DNA of 64,000 nucleotides from an uncultured delta proteobacterium (lineage in GTDB: Bacteria; Desulfobacterota; Syntrophia; Syntrophales; UBA2185): positions 320,001-384,000 of the forward strand of contig CAVSPA010000007.1 in the NCBI GenBank assembly GCA_963729715.1, written 5' to 3'. The position numbers and the translations under genes are program-made. Of this stretch, positions 60,077 to 64,000 are shown one piece after another. Within the stretch, counting starts at the first letter, position 1; every line of letters begins with the position of its first letter. The notes beneath the pieces were generated by a model. It had not been told where the DNA came from. It searched no databases and saw only the letters and a program-made list of their open reading frames with translations.

Positions 60077-63000
60077 TTCTTGCTGTCCTCGTCATTTGCT
60101 TCATCGGAGCGATGCCCAGCAAAGCGCACTGCCAGCCTGTCAAACCACAGATAGATGACCGGGGTCGTGTACAGCGTGAGCACCTGGCTCACAACTAGGC
60201 CACCGATGATGGAAATGCCGAGGGGGCGACGAAGCTCTGCGCCCACGCCGGTGCTGATTGCCAGAGGCAGTGCCGCCAAGAGGGCTGCCATGGTCGTCAT
60301 CATGATCGGCCGGAACCGAAGCAGGCATGCCTGATAGATGGCGTCTTCCGGGCTTTTTCCTTCATTGCGTTCCGCCGCCAGGGCGAAGTCCACCATCATG
60401 ATTCCGTTCTTCTTCACGATGCCGATAAGAAGGATGATGCCTATCAGGGCAATGACGCTGAACTCCGTGCGGCATATCATCAGGGCAAGAAGCGCTCCCA
60501 CCCCTGCGGAAGGCAGTGTAGAGAGGATCGTGACTGGGTGAATGTAACTCTCGTAAAGTACTCCAAGGACGATGTAAACCGTGATCAGCGCCGCGAGGAT
60601 CAAGATGGGCTCATTAGCGAGCGATGACTGGAAGGCCTGGGCAGTGCCTTGGAAGCTCCCCCGGATGCTCGCCGGCATTCCGAGTTTCTGCGTGGCAGAA
60701 TTAATTGCCTTGACTGCATCTCCAAGGGATGCATCAGGCGCGAGATTGAAGGACAGGTTTGTTGACGGAAACTGCCCCTGATGGCTGATGATAAGTGGAC
60801 CCAGGGTTTCCTTGAACTGGGTAAACGCGCCGAGGGGCACCTGCCCGCCGCTCGCGCTTCTGACATAGAGGTCGCCCAATTTTTCCGGATGCACCTTGAA
60901 TTCCGGTTTGACCTCGAGGATGACCCGATACTGGTTCAACTGTGTGAACATCGTTGATACCAGCCTCTGGCCATAGGCGTCGTAGAGTGTATCGTCGATG
61001 AGCTGCGGGGTAATTCCGAGCCTTGACGCAGTAGCCCTGTCAATCACAAGCGAGGCCTGCAATCCTTGGTTCTGCTGATCGCTGCTTACGTCGCGAAGTT
61101 CCGGGAGCTCATGCAGCGCGTCGACAAGTTTCGGAGTCCAAAGGTCGAGCTCGTCGGCATTCGGGTCTTCGAGACTGTACTGGTACTGCGTGCGGCTCAC
61201 GCGGCTTTCGACTGTGAGGTCCTGCACCGGCTGCATGTATACGTTGATTCCGTTGAGTTTCGCGAGTTCAGGTTGCAGGCGGCGTATAATCTCACTCGCG
61301 CTCGCATCGCGGCCGGAGAGCGGCTTTAGGTTGATAAGGACGCGTCCGCCGTTCAGAGTCGTATTGGTTCCATCCACCCCGATAAACGTGGACAGGCCCT
61401 GCACGGCCGGGTCGCGGAGGATCGTCCGTGCGAGGGCCTGCTGCTTCTCGGCCATTGCCTGAAACGATGTCCACTGCGGCCCTTCCGAGATGCCGAGGAT
61501 AAGTCCGGTATCCTGGACGGGAAAGAAACCTTTTGGTATGGCAATATACAAAAGAACTGTAAAGACGAGTGTTGCAACTGCCACAACGAGCGTCGCCGTC
61601 TGGCGATCGAGCACCCACTTAAGAGACCTGCCGTAGGCCGCGATTATCCGGTCAAACATATGCTGTGATACGCGGTAGAGGGCCTTCTGCTGTTCCTCCG
61701 GTTTGTGCTTCAGCAGCCTTGCGCACATCATCGGCGTCAACGTAAGTGAAACCACTGCGGAGATCAGGATCGTAATGCCGAGGGTGATGGCAAACTCACG
61801 GAAAAGCCTTCCCACCACATCACTCATGAAGAGAAGCGGGATAAGAACAGCGACAAGTGAGATGGTCAGAGACACAATGGTGAAGGCAATCTGCTCCGAA
61901 CCTTTAAGGGCCGCCTCAAGCGGGGATTCACCCTGCTCTATGTACCGGGCAATATTTTCTATCATGACGATAGCGTCATCCACAACGAAGCCCGTCGCAA
62001 TTGTGAGGGCCATAAGCGTCAGGTTGTTCAGGCTGAATCCGAGAAGATACATGAGCCCGAAGGTGCCGACCAAAGAGAGGGGCACGGCAACGCTAGGGAT
62101 GGATGTTGCCGACAGGGTGCGCAGGAACAGAAAGATGACCATCACCACCAGGGCCACCGCCAGCATTAATTCGAACTCCACATCGCGAACAGATGCGCGG
62201 ATTGTTGTCGTGCGGTCCGTAAGTATGGAAACCTGAATGGCGGAAGGAAGCGAACTCTGCAACTGCGGCAGCAGCTTCTTGACGCGGTCGACAACCTCGA
62301 TGACATTAGAGCCCGGCTGCCGCTGTATATTGACGATCACCGCAGGAGCATCATTCATCCATGCCGCGAGCTTTACGTTCTCCGCATCATCGATGGCATC
62401 GGCAACGTCGGAAAGCACCACGGGAGCATTGTTGCGATAGGCTACTACGAGAGGCCTGTACTCTTTGCTTGACAGGAGTTGGTCGTTGGCGCCGATAATA
62501 GAAGACTGCCGCGGCCCGTCAAAGCTCCCCTTTGCCTGATTCACATTGGCTGCGGCTACCACCGCGCGCAGATCCTCGAGGGTCAGGCCGTAGGCCGCCA
62601 GGGCCGTGGGGTTTGCCTGTATCCTGACAGCCGGTCTTTGCCCTCCGCTGATACTGACAAGCCCCACCCCGGAAAGCTGTGAGATCTTCTGGGCGAGTCG
62701 CGTATCCGCAAGGTCCTCAACCTGCGGGAGAGACATTGTATCTGAAGTCAGCGCCAGAGTAAGTATCGGCGCATCAGCCGGATTAACCTTACTATAGACC
62801 GGCGGGTTCGGAAGATCCCTCGGAAGGAAGGTGGCGGCCGCATTGATAGCCGCCTGCACCTGCTGTTCGGCCACGTCAAGACTGAGCTCAAGGGTGAACT
62901 GAAGTATAATGACCGAACTGCCGCCGGAACTCGTTGACGTCATCTGTTTCAATCCGGGCATCTGGCCGAACTGACGCTCGAGGGGAGATGTTATGGATGA

Positions 63001-63180
63001 AGCGATGACATCGGGGCTTGCACCGGGATAAAAGGTGAACACCTGGATGGTTGGATAATCCACCTGCGGCAAGGCGGAAACAGGCAACTGGCGGTAGGCC
63101 ACGAAGCCGGCCAAGAGAATTGCTACCATGAGCAGGGTAGTCGCGACAGGCCTCAGGATGAAAATGCGCGAAGGGTTCAT
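60073..63180 (-). CDS. mdtB: RND efflux permease MdtB-like
   Basis: [34 protein letters not shown]. Confidence 0.92.
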   Translation of the reverse strand: MNPSRIFILRPVATTLLMVAILLAGFVAYRQLPVSALPQVDYPTIQVFTFYPGASPDVIASSITSPLERQFGQMPGLKQMTSTSSGGSSVIILQFTLELSLDVAEQQVQAAINAAATFLPRDLPNPPVYSKVNPADAPILTLALTSDTMSLPQVEDLADTRLAQKISQLSGVGLVSISGGQRPAVRIQANPTALAAYGLTLEDLRAVVAAANVNQAKGSFDGPRQSSIIGANDQLLSSKEYRPLVVAYRNNAPVVLSDVADAIDDAENVKLAAWMNDAPAVIVNIQRQPGSNVIEVVDRVKKLLPQLQSSLPSAIQVSILTDRTTTIRASVRDVEFELMLAVALVVMVIFLFLRTLSATSIPSVAVPLSLVGTFGLMYLLGFSLNNLTLMALTIATGFVVDDAIVMIENIARYIEQGESPLEAALKGSEQIAFTIVSLTISLVAVLIPLLFMSDVVGRLFREFAITLGITILISAVVSLTLTPMMCARLLKHKPEEQQKALYRVSQHMFDRIIAAYGRSLKWVLDRQTATLVVAVATLVFTVLLYIAIPKGFFPVQDTGLILGISEGPQWTSFQAMAEKQQALARTILRDPAVQGLSTFIGVDGTNTTLNGGRVLINLKPLSGRDASASEIIRRLQPELAKLNGINVYMQPVQDLTVESRVSRTQYQYSLEDPNADELDLWTPKLVDALHELPELRDVSSDQQNQGLQASLVIDRATASRLGITPQLIDDTLYDAYGQRLVSTMFTQLNQYRVILEVKPEFKVHPEKLGDLYVRSASGGQVPLGAFTQFKETLGPLIISHQGQFPSTNLSFNLAPDASLGDAVKAINSATQKLGMPASIRGSFQGTAQAFQSSLANEPILILAALITVYIVLGVLYESYIHPVTILSTLPSAGVGALLALMICRTEFSVIALIGIILLIGIVKKNGIMMVDFALAAERNEGKSPEDAIYQACLLRFRPIMMTTMAALLAALPLAISTGVGAELRRPLGISIIGGLVVSQVLTLYTTPVIYLWFDRLAVRFAGHRSDEANDEDSKK

Positions 63181-64000
63181 CACTTACCTTTGCCGGAGTT
63201 GTTGGTTCCTTGACCCTGCAACTCGACCTTGTTGCCCTCCCGCAACCTGTCCGCCCCTTCCACCACAACGAGCTCACCAGGCGACAACCCCTCATCGATG
63301 GAAACGTTATCGCCCTCAGCAGGGCCGACTTTGACCGCACGCACTGCCGCGGTCAGTTCCGGAGTCACCACGTAAACGAATGTCCCACGGGTGCTCTGCT
63401 GCAAGGTGGCAGTGGGCACCACTGTGGTTCCCTTCTTGACGCCGATAAGCAGGCGTGCGTTCACAAACTGGTTTGCGAAGAGCTCGTTCTCCTTATTGGG
63501 AAACAACGCCTTAAGCCGAACTGTGCCGGTAGTCGGATCGATCTGGTTGTCAACCGTCAGCAGGAATCCTTCGGCGATCTTCTTTGTCTGCTCACGGTTG
63601 AGTGCAATAACGGGCATGCGCTCACCGGACTTGAGCTTAGCGAGCACCTGGGGAAGGCTGTCTTCGGGAATCGTGAAAATGACGGTTATGGGTTGCAACT
63701 GTGTGATGACGGCAAGCCCGTTGGCATCGGTCGCGTGAACGATGTTGCCCGGATCAACGAGACGAAGCCCGATCCTGCCGCTGATGGGTGCGGTGATGCG
63801 CGAGTAAACTATCTGCAGCCTCGCATTGTCTATCTGGCCCTGGTCGACCTTGACGGTTCCCTCCAACTGCCGCACTAAAGACCTCTGTGTGTCATATTGC
63901 TGCTTGGCGATGGAATCCTCTGCTGCGAGATCATGGTAGCGCTGAAGGTCCAGCCGCGCATTTGCGAGAAGCGCCTGATCACGCGCCATCTGCCCCAAGG
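63180..64000 (-). CDS. mdtA: RND membrane fusion protein MdtA-like (5' truncated by window edge)
   Basis: I.APISGR.GLR.VD.GN, DNQID..TGT..LKA.F.N, NQFVN. Confidence 0.9.
   Translation of the reverse strand, partial: LGQMARDQALLANARLDLQRYHDLAAEDSIAKQQYDTQRSLVRQLEGTVKVDQGQIDNARLQIVYSRITAPISGRIGLRLVDPGNIVHATDANGLAVITQLQPITVIFTIPEDSLPQVLAKLKSGERMPVIALNREQTKKIAEGFLLTVDNQIDPTTGTVRLKALFPNKENELFANQFVNARLLIGVKKGTTVVPTATLQQSTRGTFVYVVTPELTAAVRAVKVGPAEGDNVSIDEGLSPGELVVVEGADRLREGNKVELQGQGTNNSGKGK

Overview
This 64 kb window looks like core chromosome from an anaerobic Desulfobacterota, probably Syntrophales-like; that assignment is inferred from gene content and order only. Contents in order: (1) fabF(partial)-rpiB-dCMP deaminase-nrdR-ribE-ribBA-ribH-nusB-leuS-lptE, with no ribD, followed by rpsT. 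(2) A domain-swapped ADP-forming acyl-CoA synthetase. (3) A nickel island: a NikMNQO-type ECF transporter with a NikR-like operator, a frameshifted outer-membrane protein, two exported redoxins and larE-larB-larC. (4) A MarR/QueG-like/OYE/SDR module. (5) A porCDAB operon fused to a HydABC/NuoEFG-like flavin module that carries bifurcation-type signatures and has no catalytic hydrogenase domain. (6) tadA, two tRNA-Ser, SRP RNA, dnaX-ybaB-recR. (7) cobO-M24 peptidase-DUF2284-beta-CASP nuclease, then a NodIJ-like ABC exporter. (8) A B12-riboswitch-controlled cobC-U-T-S-cbiB operon. (9) A C39 peptidase, a bacterial cereblon-domain protein, a second acyl-CoA synthetase and an mdtABC-OMF RND operon. 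The most notable observations are the putative electron-bifurcating POR complex, four copies of a ~115 bp double-hairpin element ending in TTCAA (IS200/IS605-derived PATE-like), the Ni-pincer island with no client enzyme, the ribD-less riboflavin operon with a possible deletion scar, and the stand-alone cereblon. I saw no CRISPR array, prophage or transposase. All calls come from reading motifs; no database searches were run.
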